This document shows, piece after piece, positions 17,653 to 27,534 of a stretch of DNA of 64,000 nucleotides. The stretch's first letter is position 1. Every line of letters begins with the position of its first letter. A model generated the notes under the pieces. The model saw only the letters and a list, made by a program, of their open reading frames with translations. It had not been told where the DNA came from and did no database searches. A program made the position numbers and the translations under genes. The stretch is from Candidatus Sungiibacteriota bacterium (GTDB lineage: Bacteria > Patescibacteriota > Minisyncoccia > Sungbacterales > HO2-52-23). The stretch spans positions 250,702-314,701 of the forward strand of contig CP066690.1 of the NCBI GenBank assembly GCA_016432465.1, given 5' to 3'.

Positions 17653-19131
17653 TTATTGAAGCTCGTTTAGTTTTGCGCGTGTTTTCGGACCTACTGTTCC
17701 GTATCCTGTAGTAACCGGAGTGCCGCTGCTGACAATGCCGTATTTTTTCTGGAACCGCTGTACAGCTCGCTCCGTAGCTGGACCGAAAAAACCGGTCACA
17801 AGTCCTTCCGGATACAAAACCGGGTCTTTTTTCAAAAATTCCTGAAGCGCGCTAACCCGCGGCCCACGCGAGCCCCTCCGCAGAACTTGCGTAAAAATAA
17901 CCTTGGCTGCCGCACCGGAAGAGAGGGGCGCTGGCGTGGATACGCCCACCGTTGGGGTCGGCGCCGGAGGAGGTACGGATAGTGCCGTAGAAATCACAGT
18001 GCCTTCGGGAAGCACTGTCAAAGCAACACTTTTTGCGAGTATGGAGTAATACTCACCCGGTTTTTTAGCAGGAATCAGAGTAAGTATTACATTCTGTGAA
18101 GTCTTATTTTGGTTCCGGAAAAATAGTTTTAGCGTGCCCGAAGAGTTTAAATCGTTCGTGAAAACATAAAAGTCGCCGCAGAGAAGAAAGAGTGCGCTGG
18201 TCTGACTACTAGTCGCAGTAATATTGTTTACGCAGGATATTTTAAGATTCGCGCCCTTAGCATTAACAGTGGACCAGCTGATATTTAACGGCTTGTAAGA
18301 TTCAACAACCGTGGTTGATGCCAAAAAATAATCAATTGAAGGATCGGGAATAACATCAGAGGCTATGGTTAAAGTAAGATCAAGCGCATGGAGAGCATCA
18401 TAAGTGGGGGTGGGAGTCAGGGTAATAGCCGGAAGCAGGGTTAATTTATAAGACAGGGGGACTTTAGAGGAATTGGTAAAATTAAGACTTAAGGACGACG
18501 AGGGCCCGAGTGGTGTTGTAAAAATAGGGGTGTTGCAAGGAATATTGTAAGCGGCGGTGTAGCTTGGAGAGTTGACTTTGATATCGGATTGGCACTCAAT
18601 CTGAAGGTTGACTCCTTCAATCTCCTGCGAGGTCCAATTAATAGTTACCGGGACTACGGGCAGGGTTGTGGTGGCCGAAGCCCAAAAACTGGTAAGGGTT
18701 TGGGGAGCCGTAGAAACGTTTATACTAATATCCCGCGCCAAAGCATCACGATCATCTCCTGACGCATTTTTAGGAATCAGCCGCGCAGTTATGGTTTTAG
18801 TGCCTCCGCTTACGTTCGAAATTATTACCCGTATGAGATCGTTTACAACAAGAGTAGTAGAAACCTTGGTATCGCAAGGAAAAACACTGCCATTTATATA
18901 TTTTAGTTTAATTCCGGCTTGACATGTAATTAAAAAGGAATAGCCGCCCGCATTCTGCATGGTCCAGGAGAAATCAACCAAGCCTCCGGAAAGAGTGGTA
19001 GTGGGGCTGGCCACAAAAGCGGAGATGGATGGTTCAACCGGTACCAAGGCGGCATACTCCTGAGCAAATACAGCTGGCGCAGAAACAAGGAGGATGCTGG
19101 GAAATAGTAACCCAAGAAATAGTGGTCTCAT
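17653..19131 (-). CDS. secreted cell-surface protein with C-terminal putative peptidoglycan-binding domain
   Basis: signal peptide MRPLFLGLLFPSILLVSAPAVFA; S/T-rich repetitive body; C-terminal segment RVSALQEFLKK...GFFGPATERAVQRFQKKYGI matches the PG_binding_1 pattern. Confidence 0.6.
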   Translation of the reverse strand: MRPLFLGLLFPSILLVSAPAVFAQEYAALVPVEPSISAFVASPTTTLSGGLVDFSWTMQNAGGYSFLITCQAGIKLKYINGSVFPCDTKVSTTLVVNDLIRVIISNVSGGTKTITARLIPKNASGDDRDALARDISINVSTAPQTLTSFWASATTTLPVVPVTINWTSQEIEGVNLQIECQSDIKVNSPSYTAAYNIPCNTPIFTTPLGPSSSLSLNFTNSSKVPLSYKLTLLPAITLTPTPTYDALHALDLTLTIASDVIPDPSIDYFLASTTVVESYKPLNISWSTVNAKGANLKISCVNNITATSSQTSALFLLCGDFYVFTNDLNSSGTLKLFFRNQNKTSQNVILTLIPAKKPGEYYSILAKSVALTVLPEGTVISTALSVPPPAPTPTVGVSTPAPLSSGAAAKVIFTQVLRRGSRGPRVSALQEFLKKDPVLYPEGLVTGFFGPATERAVQRFQKKYGIVSSGTPVTTGYGTVGPKTRAKLNELQ

Positions 19132-19269
19132 GGCATGAAGTATACCACGACCATAGCCACCTCAAAATCCACAGGCCCGGAGCCTGTGGATTTAAAGTGC
19201 ACTTTTATAGACGATGTGAGAACCTGTCTTGCATGAAAAAAGAGCCCTCAGGTGGGGCTCTGTATTTAT

Positions 19270-19749
19270 TTAATACTTGCTGATTTCTATCCCTAAGTCT
19301 ATTGGCCCAAATGCCAAGGGAAGCAGTTCTCCGATCGTGGCAACGACTATTTTATCTTTTTTCGTTGTCGAAAGAACTACTTGCAAGTCGTATCCAGAGA
19401 TTTGCGAGATTTCATATAGGACCTGCCGGCAACTACCACACGGCCCCGTAACTTCTGTCGTCTCAAAATTTTCACCTCGGGTAATGATGGCAATACTGCG
19501 GAATCGTCTTACTCCCATTGCATTCGCACGCAACACGGCAGATCGTTCAGCGCAGATCGTTGAACCGTAGGCGGCGTTTTCAAAATTTGCCCCAGAAATC
19601 AGTTGTCCGTCTGCAGAAACAAGACAAGCTCCAACATAGAAATGCGAATACGGATTATAGGCATTTTTCGAGACCTGGTCAGCTTCATCCAGCGCTCTTC
19701 GTTGTAAGTCGGTCAAATGCTCATATTTAACGTTCTGCATTTTTTTCAT
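19270..19749 (-). CDS. cdd: cytidine deaminase
   Basis: zinc-binding CAERSAV and PCGSCRQVL motifs; 159 aa. Confidence 0.8.
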   Translation of the reverse strand: MKKMQNVKYEHLTDLQRRALDEADQVSKNAYNPYSHFYVGACLVSADGQLISGANFENAAYGSTICAERSAVLRANAMGVRRFRSIAIITRGENFETTEVTGPCGSCRQVLYEISQISGYDLQVVLSTTKKDKIVVATIGELLPLAFGPIDLGIEISKY

Positions 19750-20127
19750 CCTCCTGTGGACTATATTTGATCTAAAAACATCCTACCACAATAAGCCGCA
19801 ATAAGTAAACGGACGTTGGAACCTCCGCCGAATCACCAAAAAACCGTTTCTTTTTCAGAAGATTTTATTTCTCTGCACTAAAAAGCTCCACTTCCCTATA
19901 CCCGCCTTCGCATAAAGCTACGGCAGGGCAAGCGGGGAATAGAACGATGTTACTGTGTCCTTCCGAAGTCCCGCCATTGACGGGACGAAGGAGGAGAACC
20001 CGCAACCCGCCTCCGCTAAAGCTACGGATGGGCAGGGATTTCTGAAATAGAAACGGCGATTGATGCGCGAAGGTGTAAAAAGTCTAATATTGTACGGGTT
20101 AGTTAATGGTGTTTGTAACCTGGTTTC

Positions 20128-20505
20128 TTAACGCTTCCTTTCCATCTCTCCCCAGGGATGGGGACGTTCCTTCGCATCAATGAGTTCTCTAAAGTGTTCG
20201 TGTCCTAGGCCAAAGTAATGCTCTAAACTTTTTCTCCCTTCAGGATTGGCAGAATGCACTCGTAACTCTGGATTTTCAGCAAATATTTCAGGGTGTGTTT
20301 CTGTTAACCATTTTGCTATCTCCCATCCTTCCATTTCTCCTTCGCCTAAGTCATTATCAAAACTCAAACCCTCAATTTTTTCTCCCTCTGCCAATGCCTT
20401 TTCTAGTACCCCCTGAAACTCTGTGAAATTCTTAACGCCAACCCAACCTTCGGGTTTCCAGTCTTTCCTTTCGGTTTCAACAAGATCATCTAAAAATATT
20501 TTCAT
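20128..20505 (-). CDS. hypothetical acidic protein
   Basis: most plausible start is MKIFLDD (ATG at 20505); the upstream extension of the ORF overlaps a tRNA-Phe fragment. Confidence 0.4.
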   Translation of the reverse strand: MKIFLDDLVETERKDWKPEGWVGVKNFTEFQGVLEKALAEGEKIEGLSFDNDLGEGEMEGWEIAKWLTETHPEIFAENPELRVHSANPEGRKSLEHYFGLGHEHFRELIDAKERPHPWGEMERKR

Positions 20506-20737
20506 AGTTAAAATGCTTAACGAAGTTAAAGAGTTGCGGCCAGCGGTAATCGAAACCGCGTCTGTTCCTTGGCAAGGAACCGTTCTACCACTAAACCATG
20601 GCCGCAAATAATAATGTATGCCGGAGGTCGGAATCGTCCCGCACAAATTGCTGCGCAATTTAACGGGGTTGCTGTTTGTTGCCAAAATTTTATCGCAGGT
20701 GCTCAAAATTTTGGACAAACAGGGAAAACTCCCGACG

Positions 20738-20775
20738 CCAGCCTCTTCGGGGCAGCACTCTACTTCACCCCGCCA
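20738..20775 (-). pseudogene. partial duplicate of the tRNA-Phe anticodon-arm/D-arm region
   Basis: GCCTCTTCGGGGCAGCACTCTAC versus GCCTCTTCAGGGCAGCGCTCTAC in the adjacent gene. Confidence 0.5.
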
Positions 20776-20787
20776 AAATTTTTCTTG

Positions 20788-20859
20788 TGCCGGGTCCCAG
20801 AGTCGAACTGGGCACGCCTGCCTCTTCAGGGCAGCGCTCTACCGCTGAGCTAACCCGGC
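20788..20859 (-). tRNA. tRNA-Phe (anticodon GAA)
   Basis: reverse complement gives acceptor GCCGGGT/ACCCGGC, D-arm TAGCTCAGCGGTAGAGC, anticodon stem CTGCC/GGCAG with loop CTGAAGA, T-arm CCCAG-TTCGACT-CTGGG. Confidence 0.8.
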
Positions 20860-20973
20860 AAACAAAAACAACTTTAGTCTATACTAATTTTTTAATTACT
20901 TCAAACTTATGAAATAGTCTTGTATTAGCTACGGATACCTAAAAGAACATCCCATATTTACAAGAGTTAACTG

Positions 20974-21840
20974 TTGTGGTATATTATAATCAGCCGGACG
21001 GCACCAAGGAGGTGTTCTTTGAATAAGTTTTCTAGTCTTTCGCCGAACATAATATGGGTTGGAGAAGAGGTAGGAGATAGGGAAAAATGGAAAATGCCAG
21101 CAGATTGTTTTGAGAAAGAGCTTGGACCGCTCTTTACTCAAATCTATCCCCAACAACCAATTGGTTTTCTACGAGATAGCGGGTATGACCCAATTATCAT
21201 TGGCTACGTTCATGAAGACGCTAAGGCCCTAAACCTTGTCAAAAAGACCCTTGAGAAATTAAAAGCAGATCAGCCGCAGGGTACTGCAGCTGTAGAGATA
21301 CTTCCCGTGGAAGGGTTGGACTGTATCATGGCTTTTCATGGTGCCGCTAAAGAGTTCAGAGAGCGCGGAACAATTGAGGGGAAAATACCCAAAGAAGAAG
21401 TGATAGCGAGGTTAGAAACCTTCAGAGACCAGCTACTTCAAACCTGGGGCGCAGTGACGCTATGGCTTTTGGAAAACGGATTTCGGGTAATAAATATTGA
21501 GCACCCAAATGCGCTGGAATGGGTGCTTAAAAACAAAAATAATCCAAGATTGGTTACCAAAGAATTTGTAGGAATACCTTGGAGCGAGTTCCATCAGTTC
21601 TATACCACCATTCGGAGAGATATCTTCGGTTTGAGTATACTAAGAAGAGAAAGACCAGAAATTATATTTGTAGGTTTATCTCACGCCATTAAATACGATC
21701 TGCTGCTGGGGAGAAACGGCGAGAGAAGTTACTATTTTCTTGATTACCAATTCCTCCAACACTTACTACCCTCGGGAATGGAAACAATTCTTTTGTGGTT
21801 GAAGGCAGCCCATGAACTATATCTCAGAGAAGGTTGGTAA
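20974..21840 (+). CDS. hypothetical protein
   Basis: 288-aa ORF; the true start may be the internal MPADCFEK; no motif recognised. Confidence 0.45.
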   Translation: MWYIIISRTAPRRCSLNKFSSLSPNIIWVGEEVGDREKWKMPADCFEKELGPLFTQIYPQQPIGFLRDSGYDPIIIGYVHEDAKALNLVKKTLEKLKADQPQGTAAVEILPVEGLDCIMAFHGAAKEFRERGTIEGKIPKEEVIARLETFRDQLLQTWGAVTLWLLENGFRVINIEHPNALEWVLKNKNNPRLVTKEFVGIPWSEFHQFYTTIRRDIFGLSILRRERPEIIFVGLSHAIKYDLLLGRNGERSYYFLDYQFLQHLLPSGMETILLWLKAAHELYLREGW

Positions 21841-22080
21841 TTCAAAAATTAACCGCGTGGTTCGCCACTGCGGTTTTTTGATTTAGTGATTTTTGGGATG
21901 ATTGTTTCTCCGAGTTCTTTGGCGGTATTCAATCCAAAAATCCAAAAAACTAATATCTAAAGAATAACTAATTTTTATGAAAATTGCAACGATTTCATTT
22001 ATATAAAAAGTACGAGCCCCGTGCAGAAACGTGTTCCGCAAAGGGCTCGTGATGGTGAAATGACGGGAACGCAGTCCCTA

Positions 22081-22383
22081 TCACATGAATAGATGGACAA
22101 CCCATCCGACAGCGATGGCGAGCACGGGCTTGATGACTTCGTAAATGAGAAGTTCCTTTGCTTCATCCTTGTCCCGGGGAATGTGCTGTTGCGTCAGGAA
22201 ACTGATGACGATCCCGACGCCAATGGCCTGCACCAATGAGATCACTGGAAGGCCGAGTGTAGGAACCATGAACCATCCCCACAACAGCTTCAGCGCCACA
22301 CCGCTCAGCAGGTACGCCACGATGGCGTTAAGGGCAATCACCATCTTGCACCTCCTCAAGGTACTGTATTCTCTACGGCACAA
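22081..22383 (-). CDS. small membrane protein (two TM helices)
   Basis: 100-aa hydrophobic ORF. Confidence 0.35.
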   Translation of the reverse strand: MCRREYSTLRRCKMVIALNAIVAYLLSGVALKLLWGWFMVPTLGLPVISLVQAIGVGIVISFLTQQHIPRDKDEAKELLIYEVIKPVLAIAVGWVVHLFM

Positions 22384-22602
22384 TTACCGCAGAGATTACC
22401 GGTTTTTCAGGAGTCCGATAATGCTTTTAGTATAGCATATTAGGAGCTATAAGTCAAGCAAACAAAAAAATCAGCATTTCTGCTGTTTCTTGGCCTAAAT
22501 CTTATAAATTCTATGATTAAAAGTTTTTCTTTTCTTCTTTCAAAATCGCCAATTCGTTTTTCTTGTCCGCCAAAGGCGGATCTGCCTTTGGCATGAGGCG
22601 GC

Positions 22603-23574
22603 TTAATTAGTTCTTTGCCAACTTTCGCCAGCGTTTGAACTTCGATAGATTATACCATCTTCACTAGAAACAGTAAGTTCTTCAGAATTTTTAGAATTGA
22701 TGGCAATAGCAGTAATCTTGATACCATTAAGACCGTCGAGTTTTTTCCAGTTTTGTCCAGCATCAGTTGTTTTCCAAGCCCCAGCTTGCGTGCCCGCATA
22801 CATAATAGTTAAATCTTTATGAAGAGTGGCGAGCGTATAAACTGTTGTGTTGTCAAAAACATTCGTTGTTTTTGTCCAGCCGCAAAAACAACTAAAAGAT
22901 TGGGAAACGCCGTCAGCCGTTCCCGCCAAGAGGAGACCCCAATTATCCCAGCCCATAGATTTATCCATCGAAGTTTGTACCGCCATGTATACAAACGACC
23001 TTACCCCGGGATTCTCTGGTCCGTCATCCATACGCTTCCACGAAACGCCGCCGTCTTTACTTTTGAACACCCCATTATCAACAGAGTAGGCAAAAAGTAA
23101 ATCGGGATTACGTTGATTAACCGTCAAGCCATGAATATCCGTACCCTTTATTCCCTCATCAGAACGCATCCAGGTAATACCATCGTCAATACTTTTTATG
23201 ACACCTAAATCATGCCCACCGGCAAAAATTGTTTTCTGGTTTCGGGGGTCAACCACAATACTCATCCAATCATCAGCGTTGATACTTCCTTTTACCGAAA
23301 CCTTTTGCCAAGTTTTGCCGTCATTGTTGCTCTTGAATAGTCCGCCATGTGTTCCTAAAAGTAGATTTCCCCTTGAGTCATAGGTAATGGCATGGATATG
23401 TTGAGCCACGGGTATTACAGAATTACTAGAACCACTTTTATCACTATGAGACATTACGGTTTTCTTGGCCGAAATATCCCCTAGAGTATTGGTAGACTTA
23501 TTACTTATTCCCAAAAAATAACCAACGGCTATGGCACCAATAATAAAAACCGGAATTAATAGTTTATTATTCAT
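22603..23574 (-). CDS. BNR/Asp-box repeat protein (sialidase-fold, Ycf48-like), membrane-anchored
   Basis: five S-x-D-x-G-x-T/S-W motifs (SNNDGKTWQ, SIDDGITWM, SKDGGVSWK, TTDAGQNWK, SSNAGESWQ); start taken at MNNKLLIPVF, ATG at 23574. Confidence 0.65.
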   Translation of the reverse strand: MNNKLLIPVFIIGAIAVGYFLGISNKSTNTLGDISAKKTVMSHSDKSGSSNSVIPVAQHIHAITYDSRGNLLLGTHGGLFKSNNDGKTWQKVSVKGSINADDWMSIVVDPRNQKTIFAGGHDLGVIKSIDDGITWMRSDEGIKGTDIHGLTVNQRNPDLLFAYSVDNGVFKSKDGGVSWKRMDDGPENPGVRSFVYMAVQTSMDKSMGWDNWGLLLAGTADGVSQSFSCFCGWTKTTNVFDNTTVYTLATLHKDLTIMYAGTQAGAWKTTDAGQNWKKLDGLNGIKITAIAINSKNSEELTVSSEDGIIYRSSNAGESWQRTN

Positions 23575-23589
23575 AAAATTGCGATTAGG

Positions 23590-23880
23590 GGTTTTTCTTT
23601 TATTCTTTCCGTACTGGTGCGCGGGAGAGGACTTGCCTACAATTCTCGCCGGCTTCCGCCGGCTCGGTCGCAGGCCGCCCCTCGCGGTTTTGCTCGCCAA
23701 CTGCTCGCAAAACATCCCTGCGGTCTTCAAATTCTCACGCAACGCACGCAGGTGCGTTGCTTCCCTGCTCATTCGCTTCGCTCATTGCGCGGGAGAGGAT
23801 TTGAACCCCGCACTAAAATTTGCACCGGCTCCACCGAAAACAAAAGTGCAAATTTAGTGGCGGGGCATACCTCCACGCCT
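23590..23880. repeat. GC-rich region with two direct copies of a tRNA 3'-end-like sequence (GCGCGGGAGAGGA(C/T)TTG..)
   Basis: minus-strand GGTTCAAATCCTCTCCCGCGCA and GGCAAGTCCTCTCCCGCGCA; no complete cloverleaf could be built. Confidence 0.4.
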
Positions 23881-23883
23881 TAA

Positions 23884-23968
23884 TGCCCAGGGCGGGATTT
23901 GAACCCGCACGGCCTTACGGCCACTAGGCCCTCAACCTAGATCGTCTACCAAGTTCCGACACCTGGGC
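23884..23968 (-). tRNA. tRNA-Leu (anticodon GAG), type II
   Basis: acceptor GCCCAGG/CCTGGGC, anticodon stem CTAGG/CCTAG with loop TTGAGGG, variable arm TGGCCGTAAGGCCGT, T-arm GCGGG-TTCAAAT-CCCGC. Confidence 0.8.
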
Positions 23969-23972
23969 AAAA

Positions 23973-24389
23973 TTATTGAGGCCCAACCTCCGTGGACGAT
24001 GCCGCTTCTTCCGGGGTCGCCACGGCCTCTGTTTCTTTTTCCTTCCAAATCTGGCCCATTTTCCTGCGCACCTCGCGCGCTGCTTTCTCGCGGATATAAT
24101 ATAGTTTTGCCCGCCGCACTTTGGAACGACGCAAAACTTCAATCTTAGAGATGGTTGGCGCATGAACCGGGAAAACCCTCTCCACGCCAATGCCGTCCAC
24201 CACCTTGCGGACGGTAAAAGTTGCCGTAATTCCGCGGCCATGTTTTTTAGCGATCACCAAACCCTCAAAAGACGTCAGACGCTCTTTATCTCCTTCTTTG
24301 ATTTTTTGAACCACACGCACGGTATCGCCCGAGCGGATTTCGGGAAGATCAGAACGAAGATAAGTTTTTTCAATTGCAGTCGTGCTCAT
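23973..24389 (-). CDS. rplS: 50S ribosomal protein L19 with basic C-terminal extension
   Basis: MSTTAIEK...GDTVRV...[27 protein letters not shown] matches L19; start ATG at 24389. Confidence 0.9.
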   Translation of the reverse strand: MSTTAIEKTYLRSDLPEIRSGDTVRVVQKIKEGDKERLTSFEGLVIAKKHGRGITATFTVRKVVDGIGVERVFPVHAPTISKIEVLRRSKVRRAKLYYIREKAAREVRRKMGQIWKEKETEAVATPEEAASSTEVGPQ

Positions 24390-24402
24390 ACGGCACATGA
24401 TA

Positions 24403-25140
24403 TCAAAAAACCCGGCGCAACGCAACGGTAAAATCTTGCGGTACGTCTGCTTCAAAATGTAATCTTCGCCCTTCGGGAAAACTAAAGGAGAGAGATCGCG
24501 CATGCAGCATCTGGCGATCCGCCCCATCCGGACAACAAACATTTTTACCCCCGTAAATTTTATCGCAGACCACAGGATGACCAATGGCTTTTAAATGCAC
24601 TCGCAACTGGTGCATACGGCCGGTCTTGGGACTCAACTCCACTAACGAATAATGCTTTCCAAATTTTAAAACCTTATACTCTGTAACCGCCTCTCGCGCC
24701 CCACGTATTTTTCTTTTATTCTCCTCTACTCCACGCTTCAGGGGATTTTTTATTACACGGCCAATAGGCAAAGAAATTACTCCCCGTCTTTCTTTGGGTC
24801 GTCCGCAAACAATGGCCCAATAAAGCTTTTCAACCAGTCGCTTCTGAAAAAGTTCCTTAAGTTTTTCAAAACTTTTCTGATTTCGCGAAACGACCATAAC
24901 GCCGGAAGTATCCTTATCCAAACGGTGCACGATACCGGGACGCATTTTGGGATCGTCGCCTACTGCTTTAACTTCGGGGAATTTCTCCAACAAAAAATCG
25001 ACCACCGTAGGGCCGGATACAGAACTACCGGGGTGAACTGAAATTCCCGGTGGCTTATTTAAGACGATGACGTCCTTATCCAAATAAATTGTCTGTATCT
25101 GCACATTACTTAGTCCTGCTGAAGTAATTTTCTTTGACAA
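24403..25140 (-). CDS. RluA-family pseudouridine synthase
   Basis: catalytic motif [13 protein letters not shown]; 245 aa. Confidence 0.85.
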   Translation of the reverse strand: MSKKITSAGLSNVQIQTIYLDKDVIVLNKPPGISVHPGSSVSGPTVVDFLLEKFPEVKAVGDDPKMRPGIVHRLDKDTSGVMVVSRNQKSFEKLKELFQKRLVEKLYWAIVCGRPKERRGVISLPIGRVIKNPLKRGVEENKRKIRGAREAVTEYKVLKFGKHYSLVELSPKTGRMHQLRVHLKAIGHPVVCDKIYGGKNVCCPDGADRQMLHARSLSFSFPEGRRLHFEADVPQDFTVALRRVF

Positions 25141-25477
25141 GGATAAACCGAAGTACTCCTTGGGTTAACTGACGTATAACAAGCGCCAATAATACAACCA
25201 CCCCAACACCCAAAACTTTGGCCGCCACTGTTGCATGCGTAAAGGCGGAGGTTAAAAAGACGAAGATCTCAGTGGGATTGGTAAAAAATACCCTAAGTGC
25301 GTTCTCTAAAATTCTCTGTACAAAGACAAACCGGCCCAGATAGTAAAGCAGGAGGGAAAAGACGACAATCTCAGCGACGAGCACTGGTAAAAACTTTCGC
25401 AGCAGCCAGACGCGATAAATTTTTTGTACGACCTGTCCCCGAAAATTAGGCGGGGCCGCAAATGGTGTTCCGTTCAT
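25106..25477 (-). CDS. hypothetical membrane protein
   Basis: three predicted TM segments; 123 aa. Confidence 0.4.
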   Translation of the reverse strand: MNGTPFAAPPNFRGQVVQKIYRVWLLRKFLPVLVAEIVVFSLLLYYLGRFVFVQRILENALRVFFTNPTEIFVFLTSAFTHATVAAKVLGVGVVVLLALVIRQLTQGVLRFILVKENYFSRTK

Positions 25478-25480
25478 GGT

Positions 25481-26074
25481 TTAGTTTGGATTATCTTTTA
25501 ATCTTTTAAAAAGTTTTTTGGCCCTGAAAAGCCGCATTTTCAAGGTTGGTATAGAAATCTTTTCCTCTTGGGCTATGGTTTTATAAGATTTATCCTGCAG
25601 ATAGTAACTTGCCAGAACCGTGCGAAGGTGCTCGGGCATTTTATTTAGAACGCTCGCAACCACGGCCTTGGCATCAACGGCAAAAGATAATCGCGTATCA
25701 GCCGGTTCCGTATCTCCAATATCCTGAAAAAGAGCCGGATCTTCAACCAAAAATTCTCCCCGTTTAAGCTTCCGATAATGGGTAATGGCGGTATTGATCG
25801 TCACCTTGTAAGCCCAGGACTTAAACTCAATTCCCTCCAGTTTCTCAAATTTATCCGCGTTTTTATACATTTTTACAAATGCCTCCTGCACGATATCTTC
25901 AGCCTCTTCCCGGCCCCTTACCACACGCCAAGCCGCTCGCATCAACGGCTCCTGATATTTCTCTACAAGTATTTCAAAAACAGCCGGCTCTTTCTGCGCC
26001 ATCCGCAAAATTTCTTCATCCTTCAGCTCCTCAATCCCCTCGCCGGAATCTTCTTGGAGATACGATTTTGCCAT
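25481..26074 (-). CDS. ECF-type RNA polymerase sigma factor (sigma-70 family)
   Basis: region-2 residues (DIVQEAFVKMYKNADKF) and a region-4 HTH (SYKTIAQEEKISIPTLKMRLFRAKKLFK). Confidence 0.8.
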   Translation of the reverse strand: MAKSYLQEDSGEGIEELKDEEILRMAQKEPAVFEILVEKYQEPLMRAAWRVVRGREEAEDIVQEAFVKMYKNADKFEKLEGIEFKSWAYKVTINTAITHYRKLKRGEFLVEDPALFQDIGDTEPADTRLSFAVDAKAVVASVLNKMPEHLRTVLASYYLQDKSYKTIAQEEKISIPTLKMRLFRAKKLFKRLKDNPN

Positions 26075-26216
26075 GCACTAAAAAAGACCTCCTACATATA
26101 TTAATAACCCCTGTCATAACATAGAAAGTCTCATCAGCCACCGTACAACATACAAAAAAAATACGCAATATTGACAAAATCTAATTAAATTGCGGAACAA
26201 AACACTTCCTATTCTT

Positions 26217-27395
26217 TTAACTGTATCTCTTAGCGACAATATTGTAGGCCTCCCTAAAGGGGACCCCTTTTCTGACTAACCCATACACTTCTTTTGTGGC
26301 AAAAACATCTTGCGTCAAAGCTTTTTCACAATTTTCTCTGCTAACTTTCAGCTCTTTAAATAACAAAGCCATTACGCTTAAGCTTTCAGTTACCGCTTCT
26401 AACCCCTCCATTACCGGCTTTTTGGTTAGCTGCAAATCTCGGTGGTAACCCGAAATTAAATTTCCTATTATGCTTTTAACCTGAAACTCATAGGACGTCA
26501 CAACATGATATTTGGCCCGCAAAAGCTCCAAAAGGTCAGGATTTTTCTTCTGCGGCATAATGGAGCTGCCGGTACAAAATTCTTTCGGCAGTTCAAAATA
26601 ACCAAACTCGGGCATACTAAAGATTATCAGGTCGGAAGCGATTTTATTAAGGTCAAGCATAACTTGGCCAAGCGCGTGAAGAAATGTTGCCTCAAATTTC
26701 CCCCTACTGTTCTGGGTATAAATAGGGTTTTTCTGGACTGTTTCAAAACCCAAAAGTTCCGCAGAATATTTTCTGTCAATTCTTAACGGCACGCCATAGC
26801 CCGCGCCCGTCCCAAGCGGCGACTGATCAATCAACCGTAACGCCAAATCAACTAACTTGATATTGTCTCCCATGGAATCAATAAAGGCATTTCCCCAAAG
26901 ACTTATGGAAGACGGCATGGCTTTTCTGGTATGCGTATACCCCGGCAATTTTATTTTGCCGTACTTTTTAGTAAATTTTTTTACGGCAGTAACTAATTCG
27001 TTCGTTAACCCCTTACAATTATTTAACCTGTCTTTGTAATATAACCGCAGAGTAGTAAGTATCTGGTCATTTCTTGAACGAGCGGTGTGGATTTTCTTTC
27101 CCAAGTCGCCCAATTTATGAACTAAGCGGTTTTCAATCGCGGTATGACAGTCCTCCTGTTCTTTCAAAATTTTAAACCTTCCTCTTTGGTCTAACTTTAT
27201 AATACTCTTTAGTTCCTCAACCAACTTCTGCACTTCTTTGGTTTTTAAAAGACCGACTTTCCCAAGCATTTTTGCGTGAGCAATAGAAACCAAACAGTCG
27301 TAGTAAACTAATTTTTGGTCCAGCAGATAATCGTCGCCAACGGTAAAATTTTCTATTTGCTTGTTCAATTTGTATCCCTTTTCCCAAAGTTTCAT
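26217..27395 (-). CDS. argH: argininosuccinate lyase (fumarate-lyase family), short form
   Basis: signature GSSIMPQKKNPD; N-terminal W..GY..TVGDD..LD pattern; 392 aa, about 60 aa shorter than typical ArgH. Confidence 0.75.
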   Translation of the reverse strand: MKLWEKGYKLNKQIENFTVGDDYLLDQKLVYYDCLVSIAHAKMLGKVGLLKTKEVQKLVEELKSIIKLDQRGRFKILKEQEDCHTAIENRLVHKLGDLGKKIHTARSRNDQILTTLRLYYKDRLNNCKGLTNELVTAVKKFTKKYGKIKLPGYTHTRKAMPSSISLWGNAFIDSMGDNIKLVDLALRLIDQSPLGTGAGYGVPLRIDRKYSAELLGFETVQKNPIYTQNSRGKFEATFLHALGQVMLDLNKIASDLIIFSMPEFGYFELPKEFCTGSSIMPQKKNPDLLELLRAKYHVVTSYEFQVKSIIGNLISGYHRDLQLTKKPVMEGLEAVTESLSVMALLFKELKVSRENCEKALTQDVFATKEVYGLVRKGVPFREAYNIVAKRYS

Positions 27396-27534
27396 AAATT
27401 TATGATATTAAGCCGTGGGGCAATACAGTTACTTTGACTCGATGGAGAATGTCTGGACAGGTGGCAAACTTTTATGAGGGGGTTGTATGAAGTGATGTTG
27501 ATTCTTAATCTTTCTTCAGCAGAAACCTTCTTCT

